This document shows positions 27,608 to 35,500 of a stretch of DNA of 55,466 bases, in pieces. The position numbers and the translations under genes were made by a program. This DNA comes from Candidatus Altiarchaeota archaeon (GTDB lineage: Archaea; SpSt-1190): contig JAUUZA010000002.1 of assembly GCA_030590165.1 (NCBI GenBank), positions 1 to 55,466 of the forward strand. The letters are read 5' to 3'. The notes beneath the pieces were generated by a model. The model saw only the letters and a list, made by a program, of their open reading frames with translations. It did no database searches and had not been told where the DNA came from. The first letter of the stretch is position 1, and every line of letters starts with the position of its first letter.

Positions 27608-27763
27608 ATATTCATCTATTTCACTTAATTCCTTTTGAACTAAAAGCTCGTGTATTTTAATTTTTCCATTAATCCTAGGTTTATTATTTTTTAAATGGAG
27701 ACTATAAGCAACTTCAATATTATTATCATTAATTGCGTCTATTCCGCAAAAAAGTTAGTAAAC

Positions 27764-28090
27764 TTAAAAAATGTAAATATAGTCTTTTAATTGTTCATTA
27801 TGTTCTTGATTTATTTTTTTGAAAAATTTTTGTGCTTTAATACTTAGGGGATTTTCAGATAAGGCACACCTCACATAAATTAAAGAATCTCCAAGTTCCC
27901 CCCTATATCTTGAATTACGTGCCTTTTTAAGAAAAAACTTTTCCGCTTTTTTTGTATTATTTTCAAAAAGTTTGAGAACGTCTGAAGTTACTGCATTTGA
28001 ATACAAGATTGGTGTTAAAAGTTGTTTAACCTTACAGTATTGTTTTTGTTTATATTTTTCCTTTGCATCTTGAAATTCTTTCTCAAACAC
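27764..28090 (-). CDS. hypothetical helical protein
   Basis: 108 aa, GTG start, helical-repeat-like. Same frame as the downstream ORF 27314-27607. Confidence 0.3.
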   Translation of the reverse strand: MFEKEFQDAKEKYKQKQYCKVKQLLTPILYSNAVTSDVLKLFENNTKKAEKFFLKKARNSRYRGELGDSLIYVRCALSENPLSIKAQKFFKKINQEHNEQLKDYIYIF

Positions 28091-28120
28091 ACCATAATCT
28101 TTCCGGCGAATTTTTAAGCC

Positions 28121-28906
28121 TTGGGACTTCTTTTTTTTGTGGAAATTGAGCTTGATACAACAAAATCGGCAGCAAAAAATGCCAGCGAATTATTTCAAAA
28201 AGCGAAAAAATTAGAGGCTAAATCACTAAGAGCTAAAGAAATTTTAAAAAAATTGGCTAAAAAAATGGAGAACGCCAAGGTCAATACAATTAATAAAAAG
28301 GATGTTATGAAAGAAAGAAAAAAACGTGAGTGGTTTGAAAAATTTAGATGGTTTACTTCAAGCACCGGAAAACTTGTTATTGGGGGACGTGACGCAACAA
28401 GTAATGAGGTTGTTATGAAAAAAAATACTGAAGAAAACGAACTTTGTTTTCACGCAGATATTGTTGGTGCTCCTTTTTTTGTAATTAAAGGTGAAGCAGA
28501 TAAACAAACTATTGAAGAAACTATTCACGCAGCTGGAATATTTTCAAAAGCTTGGACTGGGGGATATGGTTCAGTTAATGTATTTTATGCCCCTCGGACT
28601 CAATTTAGTAAACAAGCACCAAGTGGCGAATATATTTCAAAGGGAGGATTTATGGTTCGCGGAAAACGTGAGTGGGGAAAAGCCATTCTAAAAACATATA
28701 TTGGAATAAAAGACGGAATAGTAATATGTGGACCAAAAAGTGCTATTGAACCTTGGGCTGACAAAATGATGGGGCTTGAACCTGGTGACTTAAAACCCGG
28801 TGAAATTATTAAAAAAGCTTCAAGATGGTTAAAAATAGATGCAGATGAAATTCAAAGAGTCATTCCTTCAGGAAAAAGTAAAATCCTAGTTGAAAAGAAA
28901 AAATAG
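28121..28906 (+). CDS. NFACT-R (DUF814) protein, truncated Rqc2/NEMF/FbpA homolog
   Basis: REWFEKFRWFTSSTGKLVIGGRDATSNEVVMKK...CFHADIVGAPFFVIKG is the NFACT-R core, preceded only by a short coiled coil. TTG start. No NFACT-N domain. Confidence 0.7.
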   Translation: MGLLFFVEIELDTTKSAAKNASELFQKAKKLEAKSLRAKEILKKLAKKMENAKVNTINKKDVMKERKKREWFEKFRWFTSSTGKLVIGGRDATSNEVVMKKNTEENELCFHADIVGAPFFVIKGEADKQTIEETIHAAGIFSKAWTGGYGSVNVFYAPRTQFSKQAPSGEYISKGGFMVRGKREWGKAILKTYIGIKDGIVICGPKSAIEPWADKMMGLEPGDLKPGEIIKKASRWLKIDADEIQRVIPSGKSKILVEKKK

Positions 28907-28940
28907 AAAAATAATTGAGATTAAAGTTACAACTATCATC

Positions 28941-28969
28941 AAAAATAAAAAAAATTCCCCAAGGGGGAA
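28941..28969 (-). terminator. hairpin plus T-run downstream of the ssb-like gene
   Basis: TTCCCC-AAG-GGGGAA palindrome at 28955-28969, followed on the minus strand by a T8-containing run (28941-28954). Confidence 0.4.
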
Positions 28970-28993
28970 AAATAAATAAACCACTTTAGTGGC

Positions 28994-29359
28994 TTAGAAT
29001 CGTCTTTGTGGGTTTTCAACAAACTTTTCAGATATATTAAGTTCTGTGTTTGCTTCAACACTTTCTTCACTCTTTTCCATTGTTCCGTATTTTCCAACGT
29101 TCAATTTCATTGAGTTTTTGAAGACATTAATATAAGCGTTCTTTAGTTCGTAGGTTGCGCCAACTTCAATTGTGTCAATGGCATCATCCCAAAGACTCAT
29201 GAGTACGCACCCAGTGTCATCTCCAACGAGGAATTCAGCTACTCTGTGCTGTCTTCCTGTTGAACGAGCTGTTACTTCTCGTTCTTCCTTCTTTTCCACA
29301 ACTTTTACTTTCAAGTCGATACCCCGTGAACGGGGTCCTAATTCCGAAATTCCTGTCAT
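28994..29359 (-). CDS. ssb: single OB-fold ssDNA-binding protein (SSB/RPA-like)
   Basis: IDLKVKVVEKKEEREV...VAEFLVGDDTGCVLMSLWDD...YELKNAYINVFKNSMKLNVGKYG matches the short archaeal SSB OB fold. Acidic C-terminus. Confidence 0.7.
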   Translation of the reverse strand: MTGISELGPRSRGIDLKVKVVEKKEEREVTARSTGRQHRVAEFLVGDDTGCVLMSLWDDAIDTIEVGATYELKNAYINVFKNSMKLNVGKYGTMEKSEESVEANTELNISEKFVENPQRRF

Positions 29360-29485
29360 TTTATTTCACCTATTTGTGTATTTGAAAGCAACTCAAGAGG
29401 TTAAAAGCTTTGCCTTGAAGCTGCCTTTTTTTAAAAAAAGGTGATTTTTCCTATATTTTTATAAAATTCTAGAAAGAAAATTGAA

Positions 29486-29959
29486 ATGTTCGTATCTGGA
29501 GAAAAAATGGCTAATTTTTTGGATCCCATAAAAAATAAACAAATTCAACCTGCAGGGGTTGATTTAACAGTTATTGAAGTTTTTGAAATTGATTCTGTAG
29601 GAGAAATTGATTTTTCAAATGAAAATCGCAAGGTTCCTGAAGGAAAAAAACTTGAATTTTCTGAAAATAAAATTCATTTGAAACCGGGTTCATACAAAAT
29701 TATGTATGGAGAGGCCGTAAAAATGCCAAAAGACGCCCTTGGAATAGTTTTACCTCGTTCAACTCTTATGAGAATGGGAGCAACTGTAATTAGTGCACTT
29801 TGGGACCCTGGATACCAAGGACGGGGTTATGGACTTCTTGTTGTATTCAATCCTCATGGAATAATTATACATCGCAATGCCAGAGTTGCTCAAATTTTTA
29901 TGATAAAAGGAAAAACCAATAAAGAATATGAAGGGACTTACAAAGGAGAAAACCTTTAA
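29486..29959 (+). CDS. dut: dUTPase/dCTP deaminase family protein (short form, probably dUTP diphosphatase)
   Basis: IQPAGVDLTV, LPRSTLMRMG, ALWDPGYQGRGYGLLVVFNP, ARVAQIFM. Confidence 0.75.
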   Translation: MFVSGEKMANFLDPIKNKQIQPAGVDLTVIEVFEIDSVGEIDFSNENRKVPEGKKLEFSENKIHLKPGSYKIMYGEAVKMPKDALGIVLPRSTLMRMGATVISALWDPGYQGRGYGLLVVFNPHGIIIHRNARVAQIFMIKGKTNKEYEGTYKGENL

Positions 29960-29980
29960 ACTTCTTTAATTTCTTCTTGT

Positions 29981-30571
29981 ATGACTGAACGAACTTTTAT
30001 CATGGTTAAACCTGACGGAGTTATGAGGGGACTTGTTGGAAAAATAATAAAAAAATTTGAAAATACGGGACTCAAACTTGTAGCAATTAAAATGGCAAGA
30101 CCTAATGAAAAAAAGGTTGCAGGATTTTATCCAAGTAGTAATGAATGGTTCTCTTCTGTTGGAGAAAAAACCCTTAAAGGTTATCAAAAATTAGGGGTTG
30201 ACGTTAAAAAAGACTTGAATACGGATGACCCAATTGAAATTGGAAAAACAATCAAAAGTTGGTTAATCAAATATATTTCAAAGGGACCAGTAGTTGCAAT
30301 GATTTGGGAAGGAAATAAAGCAGTAAAAATGGGACGAAAACTTGTGGGAAATACAGAACCATTTTCAGCAGAACCGGGAACTCTTCGTGGAACTTTTTCT
30401 CCGGACAGTTATCAATGTGCAAATTTAGACTTCAGAAGTATGTTTAATACAATTCATGCAAGTGGAAGCACAAATGAAGCAAAAGAAGAAATTGTTTATT
30501 GGTTTAGTGAATCTGAAATATTTGATTATCAAAATTCAGCTGAGATGGTTTGGGATTTTATTAAATCCTAA
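29981..30571 (+). CDS. ndk: nucleoside diphosphate kinase (with internal insertion)
   Basis: ERTFIMVKPDGVMRGLVGKII, GPVVAMIWEG, PGTLRGTF, active-site NTIHASGS. About 196 aa, with an extra segment between the first helix hairpin and the Kpn-loop region. Confidence 0.85.
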   Translation: MTERTFIMVKPDGVMRGLVGKIIKKFENTGLKLVAIKMARPNEKKVAGFYPSSNEWFSSVGEKTLKGYQKLGVDVKKDLNTDDPIEIGKTIKSWLIKYISKGPVVAMIWEGNKAVKMGRKLVGNTEPFSAEPGTLRGTFSPDSYQCANLDFRSMFNTIHASGSTNEAKEEIVYWFSESEIFDYQNSAEMVWDFIKS

Positions 30572-30591
30572 TCGCTTTTCTTTTATTATTT

Positions 30592-31578
30592 TTATTTTAT
30601 TATTGTTTTTATTCTTTCTAAATCAGAAAAATCAGTATGGAAATTATATGCACCTGCATTTAGGAATGTAATTTTATCACCTTCTTTTTTTTCTTTATTG
30701 AAAAAAACTTTATATCTAAAGATATCAAGTGAATCGGGTGATTTTCCTTTAATCAAATATTGAAAACCTGATTTTGTTTCACCTTCAACTGGCAATCGCA
30801 TATTGAAAAGAAAACTGTCCATATACGCATTGAAAATTGAAGCATCTACAACTAAATTCTTGTTATAAGCCAGTAAAACATTGGTTTCAAGCTTAACTGA
30901 AGGTGCAGCAATAAATCTCCCAGGTTCAAGAATTAATTTCATATTTCTTTCACTCAAGAAATCTTTTAATTTTTTAATCTTTTCAAAAATTGGTTTAATG
31001 TTTGGGCTTGAATTTTGATAAGTTGAAGGAAGTCCACCACCAATATTAATACAATCAACTAAGCCTTCCAATTCTTTAACAATGGGTTTAAGGTCATCAA
31101 CTAAAGACCATTCACCAACATTCTGAGTTTTTCGATGAAAGTGAATTCCTACATTTCCTTTAATTATTTTCACAAGCTCAACTGCACGCCTCCAATCAAA
31201 ACCATAAACAAAATATTTCCCAGTATAAACAGAATGCTCTTTAAATTTAATCCTTAAAAAAATATTAGCAGTGTCTGTTAATTTTTGAAGCTTATTCAAA
31301 TCTTGCTCATTATCAATAATAAACGAATTAACACCTAATTGGAGCATGTCTTTAATTTGTTCCTTTGTTTCTCCTTGAAGTAAAACAACTGAACGTTTTT
31401 TGTCGGAAATTCGTTTTAAATTATTAAAACCGGTCGCAACTAATTTTGTTTTAGTTTGGTTCTCTAAAATTTTCCCCACCTCGGTATTTGTTTTGAGATT
31501 ATACCAAACCTCTCCTAAAGATTTCAGTGAATTCACTTGTTCAATAACTTTTTTAGAATCAAGAATAAATTTTGCCAT
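30592..31578 (-). CDS. PLP-dependent group IV decarboxylase family protein (Orn/Arg/DAP/carboxyspermidine decarboxylase fold)
   Basis: PLP-Lys context YNLKTN, HFH, NIGGGLPS, ILEPGRFIAAP. The GKSPDSLD segment aligns to the GPxCDxxD region. Short at 328 aa. Confidence 0.6.
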   Translation of the reverse strand: MAKFILDSKKVIEQVNSLKSLGEVWYNLKTNTEVGKILENQTKTKLVATGFNNLKRISDKKRSVVLLQGETKEQIKDMLQLGVNSFIIDNEQDLNKLQKLTDTANIFLRIKFKEHSVYTGKYFVYGFDWRRAVELVKIIKGNVGIHFHRKTQNVGEWSLVDDLKPIVKELEGLVDCINIGGGLPSTYQNSSPNIKPIFEKIKKLKDFLSERNMKLILEPGRFIAAPSVKLETNVLLAYNKNLVVDASIFNAYMDSFLFNMRLPVEGETKSGFQYLIKGKSPDSLDIFRYKVFFNKEKKEGDKITFLNAGAYNFHTDFSDLERIKTIIK

Positions 31579-32513
31579 TAAATTCTCGCCTCAATATGAA
31601 GTTTTTCTAAAGTTCTAAAGGCAGCCAAAGGAAAATTAATTGTAACATCTCCAATTACTGTTGCAGAATCTGAATCATCTTTAACTTTTCCCCAACTTTT
31701 TGCTTCCTTAGTTGAAGCACCACTTAAACGTCCACTCCATCCGGTTGAAGTTGTTAAATAAACAACATAATCAGCCCCACCATTAATTAAAGTTGAAAGA
31801 AGTGCAAAATGCTTTGAAACGCCCCCCCCTAAGGCGATTATGCCTTTTTTATCATCAGGACTAAATGTAAAGATAAGTTTTTTGAAATCTCCAATTAAGT
31901 CAAGTTTAAAATTTGGATATCTATCTCTTGCCATATACAAATGAAATCCTATTGCACCATCTGAAATTGCAGGACAAAAAACAGGTATTCCTTTTTTATG
32001 TGCTTGATATAATATTGAATTAGTGTCTTCAAGTTGTGAACCGAGTTTATCTAAAAATTCAACTATTGTTAATTCACTTTTTTCTTCAACAATTTTATCA
32101 ATCATTTTTTTCATAACGCCCTCAAATTTCATATAACTATCATTAGTTACAATAATGTTTCCAACTCGATTATGTCCTTTTTCGTGGAGTTCAATATCAT
32201 CGGCACCAAATCTTGTTAATGGAAATTTTTCTCCCATTGCACGCATTATATCTTCTTCAATAGAACCAGCAGTAGTCACAACTGCGTCAACTAAACCAAG
32301 TTCAATCAATTGAGCAAAAAGACCCCTCAAACCAGAAGTAACCATATTTGACGTAAATGACAAAATTACTTTCGATTTTTCAGTCCACATTTTATACATT
32401 ACTTCGGATACTTTGAAAAGTTCAGTACTTTGAAAACCCTGAGATTCAAATTGTTCAACAAGGTCAGAAGTGTAAGAATGCGAATTCCACCTTAAATCTT
32501 TAACAAATTCCAT
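31578..32513 (-). CDS. dys: deoxyhypusine synthase
   Basis: TSNMVTSGLRG, VVTTAGSIEEDIMR, GGGVSKHF, catalytic-Lys context KEAKSWGKV. I prefer the ATG at 32513 over the TTG at 32534. Confidence 0.8.
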   Translation of the reverse strand: MEFVKDLRWNSHSYTSDLVEQFESQGFQSTELFKVSEVMYKMWTEKSKVILSFTSNMVTSGLRGLFAQLIELGLVDAVVTTAGSIEEDIMRAMGEKFPLTRFGADDIELHEKGHNRVGNIIVTNDSYMKFEGVMKKMIDKIVEEKSELTIVEFLDKLGSQLEDTNSILYQAHKKGIPVFCPAISDGAIGFHLYMARDRYPNFKLDLIGDFKKLIFTFSPDDKKGIIALGGGVSKHFALLSTLINGGADYVVYLTTSTGWSGRLSGASTKEAKSWGKVKDDSDSATVIGDVTINFPLAAFRTLEKLHIEARI

Positions 32514-32570
32514 AAAGAATAACAAAACCTTCAATTAAAAAAAGATTGAAAATCTAAAAAGAACAAGATA

Positions 32571-32597
32571 AAAAATAAACTCCCAAAAAATTTGGGA
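32571..32597 (-). terminator. hairpin plus T-run after the L7Ae-S28e-L24e operon
   Basis: TCCCAAA-AAA-TTTGGGA palindrome at 32581-32597, followed on the minus strand by GTTTATTTTT. Confidence 0.4.
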
Positions 32598-32611
32598 AAA
32601 TAAAGAAACCC

Positions 32612-32776
32612 CTATTTTTTCTGTTTAGTAACCCATTTCTGCTTACGATAATCGCGTTTTAAAAGAGAACTTTTTTCGCACTTTGCATTGCAAAAATATT
32701 TGACGTCCCCATTACTTCTAACGTACTTCATAACACCAATTACTGGTAACTCTTTCCGACAAAAAGTACATTTCAT
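32612..32776 (-). CDS. rpl24e: 50S ribosomal protein L24e
   Basis: Hand-translated 54 aa: MKCTFCRKELPVIGVMKYVRSNGDVKYFCNAKCEKSSLLKRDYRKQKWVTKQKK. The ATG overlaps the S28e TGA. Below the ORF-track cutoff. Confidence 0.85.
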   Translation of the reverse strand: MKCTFCRKELPVIGVMKYVRSNGDVKYFCNAKCEKSSLLKRDYRKQKWVTKQKK

Positions 32777-32991
32777 TTCTTTCTAGCCTCCAAACGTCTA
32801 GCTTGCATGACGGTATCAAGCAACATTAAAACATCGTCAACTCTAATAGGGCCTTTAACATTCCTAACAAGTACTTTACCAGAGTCTTTTCCTTCTAAGA
32901 CTTCACATCTCACTTGGATTACTTCCCCTCTAGTTCCCGTCCTACCAATAATCTCAATTACTCTAGCAGGAAATCCTAATTCAGTACCCAT
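32773..32991 (-). CDS. rps28e: 30S ribosomal protein S28e
   Basis: PARVIEIIGRTGTRGEVIQVRCEVLEGKDSGKVLVRNVKGPIRVDDVLMLLDT. Confidence 0.9.
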   Translation of the reverse strand: MGTELGFPARVIEIIGRTGTRGEVIQVRCEVLEGKDSGKVLVRNVKGPIRVDDVLMLLDTVMQARRLEARKK

Positions 32992-32992
32992 T

Positions 32993-33370
32993 TTAATCCG
33001 CCTTCTTTAAAGCAGCTAATTTCTTAGTTAAATCATTAAGAGCGGCTTTTCCGTCTCCAACATCCATTACAGCTACGCTAGAACATCCGACACCAAGTCC
33101 GGCTGCAGCTCCAAGCTCTTTTTTTGTTGGAACAAAAGCATAAACAATACTTTTTTCATCAGCTAAAATTGGTAGATGCATAACCACTTCTTTAGGATCT
33201 ACATCATTTGCAATTGCAACTAACTTGGCTTTTCCGCGTTCAATAGCCTTAGTAGTCTCATTTGTTCCTTTCTTAATTTTTCCAGTCGTCCTTGCTTTCT
33301 CTATGATTTGAAGGACCTTCTCCACAAGTTCTGCGGGAACCTCGAATTTTCCGTTACTCATTGGTTTCAC
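32993..33370 (-). CDS. rpl7ae: 50S ribosomal protein L7Ae (K-turn binding)
   Basis: KIKKGTNETTKAIERGKAKLVAIANDVDPKEVVMHLPILADEKSIVYAFVPTKKELG. Confidence 0.9.
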   Translation of the reverse strand: MKPMSNGKFEVPAELVEKVLQIIEKARTTGKIKKGTNETTKAIERGKAKLVAIANDVDPKEVVMHLPILADEKSIVYAFVPTKKELGAAAGLGVGCSSVAVMDVGDGKAALNDLTKKLAALKKAD

Positions 33371-33412
33371 CTAAACCATGTGTCAATCCAAGTTTTATAA
33401 GCTTTTTCAAGT

Positions 33413-33661
33413 TTATTTGTCTTTAACTATATTTAGAACCACGAAAGTAGTTGTTCTTTCAACATATTTCCATTGGAGAACTTCTTTAACGAAGCGTTCA
33501 AGACCAATAGTTCCTTTAAAATTACACAAGGAAATGACATCAAATTCACCTGTTACCTCAAAGATGCTTTCAACTTCTTTTCTCTTCTTAAGTTCGTTTC
33601 CAATCTCACCCAACCGGCCTTCACGGGTTTTTATTCCTATGACTGCTTTCATTTCCTCCAT
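33413..33661 (-). CDS. stand-alone Lrp/AsnC ligand-binding (RAM) domain protein
   Basis: 82 aa: MKAVIGIKTREGRLGEIGNELKKRKEVESIFEVTGEFDVISLCNF...TTTFVVLNIV. A beta-alpha-beta-beta-alpha-beta RAM pattern with no HTH. Confidence 0.55.
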   Translation of the reverse strand: MEEMKAVIGIKTREGRLGEIGNELKKRKEVESIFEVTGEFDVISLCNFKGTIGLERFVKEVLQWKYVERTTTFVVLNIVKDK

Positions 33662-33703
33662 TCTTCCCCATACTTTAGAAAATTATAAACTTTTGTTAAA
33701 CCT

Positions 33704-34366
33704 TTAAGAATGACTAATCAAAAAGTTTGAAAGATAATGAAGTCGAATTACACCAGGTAATCCTTGTTTAAATTTTCCTTCATTTTCATTACTGATTGTA
33801 ACAATAAAACGTGGAAGATCCTCACTAAATGTTTTAGTAAACTCGGCATGAACTACCTTTCCTTGTTTTTCAGCACATTCATCAGTATCACCAGATGCAG
33901 AAATCAATAAGAAAGGAATTCCACTGGGATTTCTCACAATAAATGCAATTCGGGTCATTTCTCCAACTTTAATTGGTTTAGCATTCTCAACCGTCCAACG
34001 ATTTCTACCAAAAATCCAGACCATTAAGAATTCAAGAGGAAGTTGATTCCAAGGCAATTGTCCTAACATTGCTCTTTCAATGGAGGTACTAAAATTAATA
34101 ATTCCTGGGCTAAGAAAGGCTTCAAGTTCTCCTTTAAGTCGTTTTGGTGCCTTTAAAAGACTAAAAAAATCATTTCCATCTTCAGGTTCTTCTCTCGTTG
34201 CCAATTCAAATGCCTTACCAATTGGGTGATTTGATTTAACAAGTTGATTTGACAACCAAGTAATTATTTCAACTAAAGTTCGAGGTCTGCCATATTTACC
34301 AGTCATAAATTCGTCTATTGAAGACGTCAATGCAGCCGAAAATGTTGGACTCATTGGCACATTCAT
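33704..34366 (-). CDS. hypothetical protein
   Basis: 220-aa ORF. No family recognised. Confidence 0.3.
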   Translation of the reverse strand: MNVPMSPTFSAALTSSIDEFMTGKYGRPRTLVEIITWLSNQLVKSNHPIGKAFELATREEPEDGNDFFSLLKAPKRLKGELEAFLSPGIINFSTSIERAMLGQLPWNQLPLEFLMVWIFGRNRWTVENAKPIKVGEMTRIAFIVRNPSGIPFLLISASGDTDECAEKQGKVVHAEFTKTFSEDLPRFIVTISNENEGKFKQGLPGVIRLHYLSNFLISHS

Positions 34367-34428
34367 TTTGTAAATGGTTATTTAAATTATATTGGAAATA
34401 TATAATAAGCTTTAAAGTTGGATTAAAT

Positions 34429-35496
34429 ATGAATAAAATTTTGACTATTGAAAGTTCTTATGAAGAAGCTGAAAAAAATTCAAAAAAGTTAGTTAAAAAC
34501 TCTGGTTTTAAAAATCAGAAAATTCTCGTAAAACCCAATTTGCTTTGTCCAACACCCCCCGAAGCTGTTGCTACAACTCACCCTTCAATTGTAAAAGGTG
34601 TTGTTGAATACCTAATTGATAAGGGGTGTGATGTTTATTTAGGAGATAGTTCAGCAGGACAAGATTCATTAAACGTCTTATTGAAAAAAACAAAAATTAA
34701 AAACGCATTAAAAAAATTAGATGTTACTTTTGTTGAAGTGGACAAATATCCTGCAATTGAACTCCAACTTCAAGGTTTCATAAAAGATCAAACAATGCCA
34801 ATAAGTAAAATAGTGAATGAAGTTGATGGAATAATTAGTCTTCCAAAATATAAAGTTCATATGTTAACTGGATTCACTGGAGCAACTAAGAATTTTTATG
34901 GACTTGCTCCTCGTTTAGTAAAAAAAGAATTTCATGCAAAATATATCAATCCTGCGAAATTTTCAACAATGATAGTTGATTTAGCTCTTTCAATTATGAA
35001 GAAAGTTCCAACTTTTTATGTAATGGATTCAATTTGGGGGATGGAAGGAGAAGGCCCTAAAGGCGGAACTAAAAAAGAAATAAATATGTTAATCGCAGGA
35101 AAAAATCCATTTCAAGTAGATAATTTTGCCATAGGAATGGTAAATCCAAAATTCAAAGTTTTCACAAATGAAATAGCTCAAAAATTGGGTTTAATTCAAA
35201 AATATGAAGTAATTGGACCAAAGAAAAAAATTAAACTTAAAATGTCAAAAGGATATAAAGCCGTTAGACTTGCCAGTATTTTTCCAAATTTTGGTATTCT
35301 TGCTTCATTGGTTGGAATCCCCAAAGTTGGTTCCTTGTGTACTGGATGTCAAACCTGTATTAAAAATTGTCCAGTGAATGCCATTCATATGGAAAACGGT
35401 AAAGCCGTTATAGATAGAAAAAAATGTATTAAATGTTTTACCTGCGTAGAAGTTTGTCCAGTGAATGCAATTAAAGTTAGGAAACGCCTTATTTAA
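34429..35496 (+). CDS. DUF362 domain protein fused to 2x[4Fe-4S] ferredoxin
   Basis: ILVKPNLLCP..., then C-terminal CTGCQTCIKNCPVNAI and CIKCFTCVEVCPVNAI. I prefer the ATG at 34429; the longer track ORF overlaps the divergent gene. ATATATAA lies about 27 nt upstream. Confidence 0.7.
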   Translation: MNKILTIESSYEEAEKNSKKLVKNSGFKNQKILVKPNLLCPTPPEAVATTHPSIVKGVVEYLIDKGCDVYLGDSSAGQDSLNVLLKKTKIKNALKKLDVTFVEVDKYPAIELQLQGFIKDQTMPISKIVNEVDGIISLPKYKVHMLTGFTGATKNFYGLAPRLVKKEFHAKYINPAKFSTMIVDLALSIMKKVPTFYVMDSIWGMEGEGPKGGTKKEINMLIAGKNPFQVDNFAIGMVNPKFKVFTNEIAQKLGLIQKYEVIGPKKKIKLKMSKGYKAVRLASIFPNFGILASLVGIPKVGSLCTGCQTCIKNCPVNAIHMENGKAVIDRKKCIKCFTCVEVCPVNAIKVRKRLI

Positions 35497-35500
35497 ATTT

